Positions 39,297 through 48,242 of a DNA stretch of 64,000 nt are shown in pieces. The position numbers and the translations under genes are program-made. Each line of letters opens with the position of its first letter. Position 1 is the stretch's first letter. The notes under the pieces are model-generated. The model worked only from the letters and a program-made list of their open reading frames with translations, was not told the origin of the DNA and did not search any database. Location: the NCBI GenBank assembly GCA_024698685.1, contig JAILQZ010000067.1:9787-73786 (forward strand). The letters run 5' to 3'. The DNA comes from a bacterium. Its GTDB lineage: Bacteria; Actinomycetota; Coriobacteriia; Coriobacteriales; CADBOM01.

Positions 39297-40157
39297 CGTG
39301 CAAATCTGTCCCATTGCGGCGATCCTGCTCTCAGGTTCCATAGGGTTGTTCCAGAGATTCTTCATGAATGGCCACGCTCCGAGGATCATGAAAACGCAGA
39401 TGAGAAGCCCTGGCGTGAACCAGATGGCGATGATGGAGCTTATCGATATCATCCATAGGATCATCGCAACCTTGTAGGCGGTTCGCGCGGAATCCCTTCC
39501 GACGATGGCGGGGAAGGTTTTGCGCTTAGCATCGATGTCCTTCTCGATGTCGCATGTGTTGTTGGTCAGCATCACGAGCGCAACGCCGATGATCGTCGGT
39601 ATCGACCACACCAGACACGTCCAGCTCCAGCTTGCGGCCATGCAGTAGTAGCTTGCGATCATGATGAGCCCGCCCATGACCACGCCGCTGACGAGCTCTG
39701 AGATCGGAAGGTATGAAACCGGAGTCTTCCCAAACGAATAGCAGACGACCACGATAGCGCCCACGATTCCGATGGCCAACGGAACCCATCCCGCCTCGAT
39801 GATTACGTAGACGCCGATGGCGAGGGCCACCACGAGAAATCCGATGGCGAGGACGAGCGCACTTCTCGGATTGATGTTGTTATAGACGAGCGTCGCGTCG
39901 CTGATTTCGACGTTGTCATCGGCGCTATCGGCGCCCTTGACGAAGTCGAAGTAGTCGTTGAAGGTGTTCGCGGCGGACTGCATAAGAACGCTGATCAGCA
40001 GCAGCGCGATGGCCATGGTCACGCTCGTGAAAGCGGAGGTGACCGCAGCGGCGCAGACTCCGACAAGGCATGGGTAGATGCTGGCGACCCACGTATGCGG
40101 GGCAGCCAGCTGAACAGCCATCCTCGGGGTGAAGCGTTCGTACTCCCTTTGCTCCAA
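39225..40157 (-). CDS. menA: 1,4-dihydroxy-2-naphthoate polyprenyltransferase (UbiA family)
   Basis: Polytopic. UbiA Asp-rich motifs NTFNDYFDFVKGAD and CDIEKDIDAKRKT. TTG start at 40157. Confidence 0.8.
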   Translation of the reverse strand: MEQREYERFTPRMAVQLAAPHTWVASIYPCLVGVCAAAVTSAFTSVTMAIALLLISVLMQSAANTFNDYFDFVKGADSADDNVEISDATLVYNNINPRSALVLAIGFLVVALAIGVYVIIEAGWVPLAIGIVGAIVVVCYSFGKTPVSYLPISELVSGVVMGGLIMIASYYCMAASWSWTCLVWSIPTIIGVALVMLTNNTCDIEKDIDAKRKTFPAIVGRDSARTAYKVAMILWMISISSIIAIWFTPGLLICVFMILGAWPFMKNLWNNPMEPESRIAAMGQICTLNAVLGIFYSAALLASWCLNLII

Positions 40158-40230
40158 AGCGCCATCCCTTTACTAATTTGACAGGTGCGTACTGCAAAAT
40201 AATCGTCTTTGATAATCGAATATGCATCTA

Positions 40231-40239
40231 TGCTAATAT
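40231..40239 (+). promoter_or_regulatory. putative extended -10 element (TGCTAATAT) upstream of cobT
   Basis: TGnTAATAT lies about 70 nt upstream of the cobT start, inside an AT-rich inverted repeat. Confidence 0.3.
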
Positions 40240-40308
40240 CAAAGCAATCCTCTGCAGTTGAAATGATACTTTTGCAAGCCCGAGCGCTGCAAGCCGAACC
40301 GTTCGATA

Positions 40309-41385
40309 GTGGTGCATATGGCGGATAGAGCGTGGACAGATGAATACATGGTCAGGATCGGCACGCCGGATGAAGCTGCGCGCGAAAGGGCCCTTGGCAT
40401 CTGGAACTCGATCGCAAAGCCCATCGGAGGGCTCGGCGAACTCGAGGAGATAGTCGCCAACATCGCTGCTATCTCAGGCTTCGAGGGGGTCGACATCTCC
40501 AAGCGCGCGCTTGCCGTGGTCTGCGCCGACAACGGCGTTCTCGTTCAGGGCGTCAGCCAGTCCGACTACTCGATAACGACTGCGATGGCCGATGCGATCA
40601 CCACCGGTCGCGCCTCCGTCAACAAGATGGCGACTGTGGCGGGAATCGACATCCACGTCTACGACATGGGCATCAAGGACAAGGTGCCAGGCCCCAAGGA
40701 TCTCTCGATCGCCAACGGCACCGCTGACATGTCGCAAGGACCCGCGATGAGCGAGGTTCAGATGCGCGATGCGATCGAGAAGGGCGTCGGCATCGTCGAG
40801 GAGCTCGTTGGCCAGGGTTACACGCTGATAGCCACGGGTGAGATGGGCGTCGGCAACACCACGACCTCGAGCGCTCTCTCTGCGGTGCTTCTCGGAATGG
40901 ATCCTGCGATCACAACCGGCCGCGGCTCGGGCCTTGGCTCAGAAGCGCTGCATCACAAGATCTCCGTCATCGAAAAGTGCATCGATGTCAATGCGCCAGA
41001 TCCCTTCGATGCGCTGGGCACGCTCGCCAAGGTTGGCGGATTCGACATCGCGGCGATGGTTGGCATCTACCTTGGCGCAGCCATCAAACGTGTGCCGGTC
41101 ATAGTCGACGGCCTCGTGAGCTCCATCGCGGCTCTCGTGGCCAAGCGCGCATTCCCAGGTTGCGAATACGCAATGATCGGCTCGCACGTATCATCCGAAC
41201 CCGCAGCCAAGGCGATCATCGCCGAGCTGGGCATCAAGCCGGTCATCGACGCCGGAATGCACCTTGGCGAGGGGAGCGGCGCCGTTGCCCTCATACCCCT
41301 GATCGACATGGCGCTCGCGGTGTATGGAGCGAACGAGACATTCGCCCGCATCGGAATCGACGCCTACGAGGTGAATCCGGAATGA
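40309..41385 (+). CDS. cobT: nicotinate-nucleotide--dimethylbenzimidazole phosphoribosyltransferase
   Basis: GEMGVGNTTTSSAL motif, about 355 aa. GTG 40309 or ATG 40318 start. Confidence 0.9.
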   Translation: MVHMADRAWTDEYMVRIGTPDEAARERALGIWNSIAKPIGGLGELEEIVANIAAISGFEGVDISKRALAVVCADNGVLVQGVSQSDYSITTAMADAITTGRASVNKMATVAGIDIHVYDMGIKDKVPGPKDLSIANGTADMSQGPAMSEVQMRDAIEKGVGIVEELVGQGYTLIATGEMGVGNTTTSSALSAVLLGMDPAITTGRGSGLGSEALHHKISVIEKCIDVNAPDPFDALGTLAKVGGFDIAAMVGIYLGAAIKRVPVIVDGLVSSIAALVAKRAFPGCEYAMIGSHVSSEPAAKAIIAELGIKPVIDAGMHLGEGSGAVALIPLIDMALAVYGANETFARIGIDAYEVNPE

Positions 41386-41951
41386 AGATCCTCCTGTACG
41401 GCGGTTCCGCATGCGGCAAGAGCACATTCGCGGAATCCATCCTCCTCAGCATGCCGGAGCCTCGCGTCTACTTCGCGACGATGCGCCCATGGTCGAAGTT
41501 CGATTTGGAACGCGTCGAGCGACATCGGACGCTGCGCAAGGACAAGGGATTCGGCACCATCGAACGCTATCGCGACATCGAAACCGCAGAGCTTGGGGCG
41601 GGCTCGATCCTTCTCGAGGACCTCTGCAACCTCGTCTCCAACGAGATGTTCGACGATGAGGGCAATTACATCGACTGCTACGAAAAGGTCGAGCGCGGAC
41701 TGTCCAGCATCCTGGAACGCAGCGAGAACATCGTTCTCGTCACCAACGACGTGGGTGCCGATGGTTCGATCTATTCCGAATACACCCAGAGCTACATCCA
41801 CACGCTCGGGCGGCTCAACATCTTCGCGGCACGCAGCTGCGACATTGTCATCGAGTGCGCGGCTGGGATGCCTGCCGTCATCAAAGGCGACATCTCCCTT
41901 CTTGATCGCTCGCTCTCAGAACGCGTCATCGACATGGTTAGGAGCGCTTAG
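41382..41951 (+). CDS. cobU: adenosylcobinamide kinase/adenosylcobinamide-phosphate guanylyltransferase
   Basis: Only the last 189 codons of track ORF 40977-41951 are used. ATGA overlap with the cobT stop. P-loop GGSACGKS. YFATM..RVERHRTLR segment carries the guanylyl-His position. Confidence 0.8.
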   Translation: MKILLYGGSACGKSTFAESILLSMPEPRVYFATMRPWSKFDLERVERHRTLRKDKGFGTIERYRDIETAELGAGSILLEDLCNLVSNEMFDDEGNYIDCYEKVERGLSSILERSENIVLVTNDVGADGSIYSEYTQSYIHTLGRLNIFAARSCDIVIECAAGMPAVIKGDISLLDRSLSERVIDMVRSA

Positions 41952-42737
41952 ATGCCAGTCCTACGCGGCCTCATATGCGCATTGAGCTCCTTCACGCGCA
42001 TTCCAGTTCCCTCCTTCAGCTACAAGGATGGCGACATGCGCTTCATGATGGCGATGTTCCCCCTAGTGGGCGTCGTCGTCGGAGGCATCGTGTTGCTATG
42101 GATCTGGCTTTGCGAGCTCGCGGGCATAGGCCAGCTGCTTATGGCCATCGGAGTAGTGGTGCTGCCCATCGCGATTACCGGCGGCATTCATCTCGATGGC
42201 TATTGCGACGTGAACGACGCGCTGGCATCGCACGCGCCGATGGAGAAGAAGATCGCCATCCTGAAGGACCCGCACATCGGAGCCTTCGCTGCCATATGGC
42301 TAGGCGTCTTCCTTCTCCTTTCAGTCGGTGTCCTTTGCGAGACCTACCTTTACTCATGGATGGGAAGGTACGAGGTCGCCAGCATCCTGGCCCTCGGATT
42401 CGTCCTCTCGAGATGCAGCGCATCCTTCGCTTCGCTGCTGCTTCCCAAGAGCGCGAACAAGGGAATGCTCGCCGCGCAGACCGAGAGCGCAGACAAGCGC
42501 ATCTCGTGCATCATCGTAGCGGCGATAGCCGTCCTCTGCATTGCGGGGATGGCTCTCCTGGACTGGCGCCGAGCGATCTTCGTCGTGGCTTTCGCCGCGC
42601 TCGCATTCGGCTACGTCGCGGTGATCTCTCGCAAGCAGTTCGGAGGCATGAGCGGAGATGTTGCGGGCTATCATCTTCAGATCACCGAGTTCATGATCTT
42701 CTTGGCGCTAATGGCAGCGGGAAAGGTTCTCATATGA
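41952..42737 (+). CDS. cobS: adenosylcobinamide-GDP ribazoletransferase (cobalamin synthase)
   Basis: Polytopic, 261 aa. HLDGYCD motif. Starts immediately after the cobU stop. Confidence 0.85.
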   Translation: MPVLRGLICALSSFTRIPVPSFSYKDGDMRFMMAMFPLVGVVVGGIVLLWIWLCELAGIGQLLMAIGVVVLPIAITGGIHLDGYCDVNDALASHAPMEKKIAILKDPHIGAFAAIWLGVFLLLSVGVLCETYLYSWMGRYEVASILALGFVLSRCSASFASLLLPKSANKGMLAAQTESADKRISCIIVAAIAVLCIAGMALLDWRRAIFVVAFAALAFGYVAVISRKQFGGMSGDVAGYHLQITEFMIFLALMAAGKVLI

Positions 42738-43078
42738 TCCTTATCGTCGGTTCGGAAACCTCAGGCAAGCGCTCCTACGCACGCTCTCTCGGCTATACCG
42801 ATGACCAGATGGCCGATGGGTTCATCGACGAGAGCCCCGTCATCTTCAACGTCCAGGACCTGCTTCGCGCTGATTCCGCAAAAACGGATGAGCTTTTCGA
42901 GTTGCTTTTGTCCAAGCAAGTAGTAATCTGCAATGAGGTAGGAAGTGGAGTGATACCTGCAAACGAGGCGGATATCCGCTATCGCGAGGCTGTCGGCAGG
43001 CTTTGCGTAAGGCTTGCCGCTCAGGCGGATCGCGTCGTGCGGATGGTTTGCGGTATTCCGGTTTTGTTAAAGGGATGA
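42734..43078 (+). CDS. truncated CobU-like protein (P-loop plus canonical C-terminal half, lacks His-containing middle)
   Basis: 114 aa. ATGA overlap with the cobS stop. GSETSGKRS P-loop-like motif and NEVGSGVIPANEADIRYREAVGRLCVRLAAQADRVVRMVCGIPVLLKG, a close match to the CobU C-terminus. Confidence 0.6.
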   Translation: MILIVGSETSGKRSYARSLGYTDDQMADGFIDESPVIFNVQDLLRADSAKTDELFELLLSKQVVICNEVGSGVIPANEADIRYREAVGRLCVRLAAQADRVVRMVCGIPVLLKG

Positions 43079-43082
43079 CCCG

Positions 43083-43709
43083 ATGAAGCTGCTCATGCTG
43101 CGACATTGTCCAACCGAGGGAAACCTGCTCAAGAAGTACATCGGTAGGACCGACGAGCCCCTTTGCGACGAGGGGAGGGAGATGGCGAGGCGCATAGGCG
43201 TCTACGATCAGGTCGAGTGCGTCTTCACCAGCCCTTACAAGCGCGCCATCGAGACCGCTGAGATATGCTTTCCCAACGCCCGCAAGATAGTGATCGACGG
43301 CTTCAGGGAGTACGATTTCGGCGACTTCGACGGATTGAGCTTCACCGACCTCGCGGACAATCCCGTCTACAGGGAGTGGGTTGAGGGCAATTGCGAAGCC
43401 GGTTGCCCCAACGGAGACAGCAAGGAGTCGTCGATGGAGCGCGCCAATCGCGCCTTCAGGACTCTCGTAAACGACCTCGCCACGACCTACGAGGACAAGG
43501 TGCTGATCATCGTAACGCATAACGGAGTGATCATGTCTGTCTTCTCCAGCTACGTTCGCGATTCGTACGACATGGATTACTTCGATTGGTCGGTGCGCAA
43601 CGGGGAAGGGTACATCGCCGATGTCAACGTGGGCGCCGATGGGCTTCCTCAGATCTGGAATGCCGAGAAGATCGTCGATCTCTCAGTTCTCGACGAGTAC
43701 TTCGGCTGA
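43083..43709 (+). CDS. cobC: alpha-ribazole phosphatase (histidine phosphatase family)
   Basis: LMLRHCPTEGN catalytic RHxxT motif. Located at the end of the cobTUS cluster. Confidence 0.75.
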   Translation: MKLLMLRHCPTEGNLLKKYIGRTDEPLCDEGREMARRIGVYDQVECVFTSPYKRAIETAEICFPNARKIVIDGFREYDFGDFDGLSFTDLADNPVYREWVEGNCEAGCPNGDSKESSMERANRAFRTLVNDLATTYEDKVLIIVTHNGVIMSVFSSYVRDSYDMDYFDWSVRNGEGYIADVNVGADGLPQIWNAEKIVDLSVLDEYFG

Positions 43710-43725
43710 GCCTTTCGAGAATAGG

Positions 43726-43784
43726 CGATTCATTTCGATGCATACTGCGCCCATTGCACGCAAAAGTATGCATCGATTCATTTC
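43726..43784. promoter_or_regulatory. composite direct/inverted repeat between cobC and argC (terminator and/or operator)
   Basis: CGATTCATTTC (43726-43736 and 43774-43784) flanks a perfect 11-bp inverted repeat CGATGCATACT/AGTATGCATCG (43736-43746 and 43765-43775) with an 18-nt spacer. Confidence 0.45.
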
Positions 43785-43837
43785 CTTATCCATAATTACC
43801 GTATAACTGGCATTTAGTTACGCTTAAATTCTCGATA

Positions 43838-43865
43838 TTGTTTTAATTCCATACAATTATATAAT
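43838..43865 (+). promoter_or_regulatory. putative arg operon promoter
   Basis: TTGTTT, 16 nt, then TATAAT in a very AT-rich stretch about 47 nt upstream of the argC ATG. Confidence 0.35.
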
Positions 43866-43911
43866 TATTTTTAAGAATTTATGCAGACTAACTCGAAGTG
43901 ATTGGAAGGCA

Positions 43912-44847
43912 ATGAAGACCAAGGTGTTCATCGATGGCGCACAGGGAACGACGGGACTGCGTATCCAAGGGAGGCTCGAGAGCAGGGACGACCTGCTCGT
44001 TGCCGTGTTGCCCGACGAGGTTCGCAAGGATCCGCATGCGAGGAAGGCGGCCCTCAACGAGTGCGAAATCGCGATCCTCTGCCTGCCCGACGCAGGATCG
44101 ATCGAGGCGGTCTCGTTCATAGAGAATGACGACGTGCGAGTCATCGATGCATCCACTGCCCACAGGACAGCTTCTGGCTGGCTCTACGGCTTTCCCGAGC
44201 TTTACGCCGATTGCGAGGAGATCTTCGCTTCAGCCAAGCGAGTGGCGGTTCCAGGCTGCCATGCGAGTGGTTTCGTCGCAACCGTGCAGCCGCTTGTCAA
44301 GGCAGGCATCGTCAATCCGAACGCCGAGCTAAAGTGCTTCTCGATAACCGGCTTCAGCGGCGGCGGCAAGTCGATGATAGCGGCATACGGCGCAGATAAC
44401 CGCCCCGACGAGTTCGCCTCGCCACGCCAGTACGGCCTTGCGCAGGCGCACAAGCACCTTCCGGAGATGGTCTCGGTATGCGGGCTTGAGCACAAGCCTG
44501 CCTTCTCGCCGATAGTCTGCGACTTCTACAGCGGCATGCTCGTCAACACATTCCTCTCGCAGGGCGATTATGCGCCCTCGATGGGCCTAGATGATGCAAA
44601 GGAGCTGCTCGCAAGCGTCTACAATGGACCGATCGTGGCTTTCGGGGACATCGACGATGGCAACGGATATGTAGCCTCTAACCCTATGTCCGGGAAGGAC
44701 GGCATGCAGGTAGCCATATACGGCAACGAAGAGAACGCGACGTTGATGGCGCGGTTCGACAATCTGGGCAAGGGCGCGAGCGGCGCTGCGATCCAGTGCC
44801 TGAACCTCATGATCGGCGCTGATATGACCAGGGGATTGGAGCTTTAG
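43912..44847 (+). CDS. argC: N-acetyl-gamma-glutamyl-phosphate reductase (short type)
   Basis: 311 aa. N-terminal GAQGTTG Rossmann motif and catalytic Cys motif VPGCHASGF. Confidence 0.9.
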   Translation: MKTKVFIDGAQGTTGLRIQGRLESRDDLLVAVLPDEVRKDPHARKAALNECEIAILCLPDAGSIEAVSFIENDDVRVIDASTAHRTASGWLYGFPELYADCEEIFASAKRVAVPGCHASGFVATVQPLVKAGIVNPNAELKCFSITGFSGGGKSMIAAYGADNRPDEFASPRQYGLAQAHKHLPEMVSVCGLEHKPAFSPIVCDFYSGMLVNTFLSQGDYAPSMGLDDAKELLASVYNGPIVAFGDIDDGNGYVASNPMSGKDGMQVAIYGNEENATLMARFDNLGKGASGAAIQCLNLMIGADMTRGLEL

Positions 44848-46074
44848 ATGATAGAACTGACGAAGATCGATGGAGGCGTATGCGCATCCCTTGGCTTCTA
44901 TGCCAACGGAGTCCATTGCGGCATGTATCCCGATCCCGAGCGCAAGGACCTCGCTCTCATCATGAGCGATTCCGTAGCGTCGGCTGCCGGCGTATACACG
45001 CGCAACCTCGTCAAAGGCGCGCCCATCCAGGTTACGCAAAGCCACATCAAGGATGGCTACGCGAGCGCGATCATCTGTAATTCCGGCAACGCGAACACCT
45101 GCAACGTCGATGGCCCAGCCGATGCGGAGAAGATGGCGATGATGGTGGGCGTGGAGCTCAAGTTCCACAGCTACGATGTGCTGGTGGCATCCACCGGCGT
45201 CATCGGAGTGCCCCTTGAGCTCGATCCTATCAAGAAGGCCATACCCGAACTAGTCCAAGGGCTGGAAGCCACCTCAGAGGGCGCTACAAGGGCTGCTGAG
45301 GCCATAATGACCACCGACACGGTATGCAAGCAGGTCGCATTCAGCTTCGAGATCGACGGACGCACCTGCCACATCGGCGGCATGTCCAAGGGCTCTGGTA
45401 TGGTCCACCCCAACATGGCCACTATGCTCGCATTTCTCACCACCGACGTCGGCATCATGCCAAATCTCCTCCAAGAGGCCCTCTCGGCCGATGTGGAGGA
45501 TTCCTTCAACATGATCAGCGTCGATGGCGACACCTCGACCAACGACATGGTCCTGCTGCTCGCCAACGGCCAATCCGGCGTGATGATCGCCGAGCATGGC
45601 GAGGCATATGACGCGTTCTGCGAGGCGCTGGCCGCCACCACCCAGACCCTCGCGAAGATAATGGCCGCCGATGGAGAGGGAGCCACCAAGCTCATCACCT
45701 GTTCGGTTGCGCATGCCAAGACCAAGGAGGACGCGCGCACCGTAGCCAAGAGCGTCATCAGCTCCTCGCTCGTCAAGTCCGCCATGTTCGGCGAGGATCC
45801 CAATTGGGGCCGCATTCTCTGCGCAATCGGCTACAGCGGCGCCGATCTGCAGGTCAACAAGATCGGTTGCGTTCTCAAGTCGTGCGTCGGCGAGGTCGAG
45901 GTCTGCCTCGGAGGTGCGGGGATGAACTACTCCGAGGAGTTCGCGAAGAGCATCCTCGGCGAGGATTCGATCGAGATATGCATTGACCTCAACGATGGCG
46001 AGTTCGATGCAACCGCGTGGGGCTGCGACCTCACCTACGAGTATGTGAAGATCAACGGCGAGTACAGGTCGTAA
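44848..46074 (+). CDS. argJ: bifunctional glutamate N-acetyltransferase/amino-acid acetyltransferase
   Basis: Autoprocessing site PNMATMLAFLTTD. 408 aa. Confidence 0.9.
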   Translation: MIELTKIDGGVCASLGFYANGVHCGMYPDPERKDLALIMSDSVASAAGVYTRNLVKGAPIQVTQSHIKDGYASAIICNSGNANTCNVDGPADAEKMAMMVGVELKFHSYDVLVASTGVIGVPLELDPIKKAIPELVQGLEATSEGATRAAEAIMTTDTVCKQVAFSFEIDGRTCHIGGMSKGSGMVHPNMATMLAFLTTDVGIMPNLLQEALSADVEDSFNMISVDGDTSTNDMVLLLANGQSGVMIAEHGEAYDAFCEALAATTQTLAKIMAADGEGATKLITCSVAHAKTKEDARTVAKSVISSSLVKSAMFGEDPNWGRILCAIGYSGADLQVNKIGCVLKSCVGEVEVCLGGAGMNYSEEFAKSILGEDSIEICIDLNDGEFDATAWGCDLTYEYVKINGEYRS

Positions 46075-46084
46075 AGGAGCGCAA

Positions 46085-46954
46085 ATGGGCGAGCAGAACG
46101 AATTCGACAATGCGGTACGGGCGAAGATCCTTTCGCATGCGCTTCCGCATATCCAGAACTACAACGGCAAGGTAGTGGTCGTCAAATACGGCGGGAACGC
46201 CATGACCGAGCCTGGGCTCCAAGAATCGGTCATGAAGGACATCGCGCTGCTCACGCTGGTCGGCGTCAAGGTCGTCCTCGTCCACGGAGGAGGTCCCGAG
46301 CTCGACAAGGAGCTCAAGGCCATCGGAAAGAAGACGGAGAAGATCGACGGCCTGCGCGTTACCGATGAGGAAACCGCATCGATAGCGCAGATGGTCCTTG
46401 CAGGCAAGGTGAATAAGGATCTCGTGCGCCTGCTTCAAAACGTTGGAGCCAAGGCCATCGGCCTCTGCGGGCTCGATGGTGGCATGATCAAGACCAAGCA
46501 GCTTGATCCCAAGCTAGGCTTCGTCGGCGAGATCGAGGACATCGACATCAAGCCCATCGAAACCGTATTCAATGCGGGCTACGTTCCCGTCATTTCGACC
46601 GTCGGCGCCGATGACGAGGGCAACGTCTACAACATCAACGCCGATTCGGCGGCAGCGGCGATCGCCGGCTGGCTCAAGGCCGAATGCCTCATCCTCATGA
46701 CGAACACCCCCGGCGTCCTCAAGGACGTGAACGACGAGGATTCGCTCTACTCGGTGCTCACCTCGGCAGATCTCGAGGGGATGATCGAGGACGGAAGCCT
46801 CGAGGGCGGTATGATTCCAAAGGCCATATGCACGATTCGCTCCCTCGAAATGGGTGTCAAGCGTGTTTTCATCATCGATGGCAGGGTAAAGCAGGCGTTG
46901 TTGATCGAGCTCCTCACCGACGAGGGTCTCGGTACGCAGGTGACGATCAATTAG
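46085..46954 (+). CDS. argB: acetylglutamate kinase
   Basis: VVKYGGNAM and LVHGGGP motifs. Confidence 0.9.
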   Translation: MGEQNEFDNAVRAKILSHALPHIQNYNGKVVVVKYGGNAMTEPGLQESVMKDIALLTLVGVKVVLVHGGGPELDKELKAIGKKTEKIDGLRVTDEETASIAQMVLAGKVNKDLVRLLQNVGAKAIGLCGLDGGMIKTKQLDPKLGFVGEIEDIDIKPIETVFNAGYVPVISTVGADDEGNVYNINADSAAAAIAGWLKAECLILMTNTPGVLKDVNDEDSLYSVLTSADLEGMIEDGSLEGGMIPKAICTIRSLEMGVKRVFIIDGRVKQALLIELLTDEGLGTQVTIN

Positions 46955-46991
46955 ACAACGGACGAAAGTCTTTCGAATAAAGGAGGTAGCA

Positions 46992-48215
46992 ATGGGCAAG
47001 GACGATATCAAGAAGGTTGTGCTGGCATACTCTGGAGGTCTCGACACCTCCGTCATCATCCCTTGGCTCAAGGAAAACTACAACGATCCTGAGATCATCG
47101 CGGTTTCGGGCAATGTCGGTCAGGCCGATGAGCTCGAGGGCCTGGAGGAGAAGGCTCTCGCCACCGGCGCATCCAAGCTGATCGTCGCCGACTTGGTGGA
47201 CGAGATGGTCGAGGAGGTCATAATCCCGTCGTTGAAGATGGGCGCGAACTACGAGACCTACCTGCTCGGCACAGCCTTCGCCCGCCCGATCATCGGCCGC
47301 AAGCTCGCCGAGATCGCGCTCGCCGAGGGCGCTGACGCTGTCGTCCACGGAGCCACGGGCAAGGGCAACGACCAGGTGCGCTTTGAGCTCGCCATCAAGC
47401 GCTTCGCCCCGAACATGAAGATCATCGCCCCGTGGCGCGAGTGGGACATCAAGTCGCGCGATGAGGAGATCGACTACGCCGAGGCCCACAACATCCCGCT
47501 GAAGTTCACTCGCGAGACCAGCTATTCGAAGGACAAGAACCTCTGGCACCTTAGCCACGAGGGCCTCGACCTCGAGGATCCGAGTAACGAGCCCGACCTC
47601 GACAAGCCGGGCTTCCTCGAGATGGGCGTATCTCCGTTCCAGGCTCCCGATGAGCCCACCTACGTCACCATCGACTTCGAGGCTGGCGCTCCCGTGGCGC
47701 TCGATGGAGAGAAGATGAAGGCCTCCAAGATCATCGAGAAGCTCAACGAGATCGGCGGGGCGAACGGCATAGGCATAATCGACATCATCGAGAACAGGCT
47801 CGTCGGCATCAAGGATAGGGGAGTCTACGAGACCCCAGGCGGCACGATCCTCTACTTCGCGCACCAGCACCTCGAGATGCTCACCATGGACAAGGACACG
47901 CTGCACGTCAAGCAGAAGCTCGCCGTGGACTATGCCGACCTCATCTACAACGGCAAGTGGTTCTCGCCTCTGCAGGAGGCGCTCACTGCGTTTGCGGACG
48001 AGGCCAACAAGTATGTCACGGGTACCGTGAAGCTCAAGCTCTACAAGGGCAACATCATCCCGGCTGGCACCACCTCTCCCTACTCGCTGTACTCCGAGAA
48101 CCTCGCCACCTTCGACGAGTCGGATTACAACCAGAAGGACGCAGAGGGCTTCATCAACCTTTGGGGTCTGCCGACTAAGGTGCACGCGCTTCGCGAGCTC
48201 AACGCCCTCGACTAG
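46992..48215 (+). CDS. argG: argininosuccinate synthase
   Basis: [15 protein letters not shown]-pyrophosphatase motif. 407 aa. Confidence 0.95.
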   Translation: MGKDDIKKVVLAYSGGLDTSVIIPWLKENYNDPEIIAVSGNVGQADELEGLEEKALATGASKLIVADLVDEMVEEVIIPSLKMGANYETYLLGTAFARPIIGRKLAEIALAEGADAVVHGATGKGNDQVRFELAIKRFAPNMKIIAPWREWDIKSRDEEIDYAEAHNIPLKFTRETSYSKDKNLWHLSHEGLDLEDPSNEPDLDKPGFLEMGVSPFQAPDEPTYVTIDFEAGAPVALDGEKMKASKIIEKLNEIGGANGIGIIDIIENRLVGIKDRGVYETPGGTILYFAHQHLEMLTMDKDTLHVKQKLAVDYADLIYNGKWFSPLQEALTAFADEANKYVTGTVKLKLYKGNIIPAGTTSPYSLYSENLATFDESDYNQKDAEGFINLWGLPTKVHALRELNALD

Positions 48216-48242
48216 GAAAACGACTACGACAAGGATCTGAAC

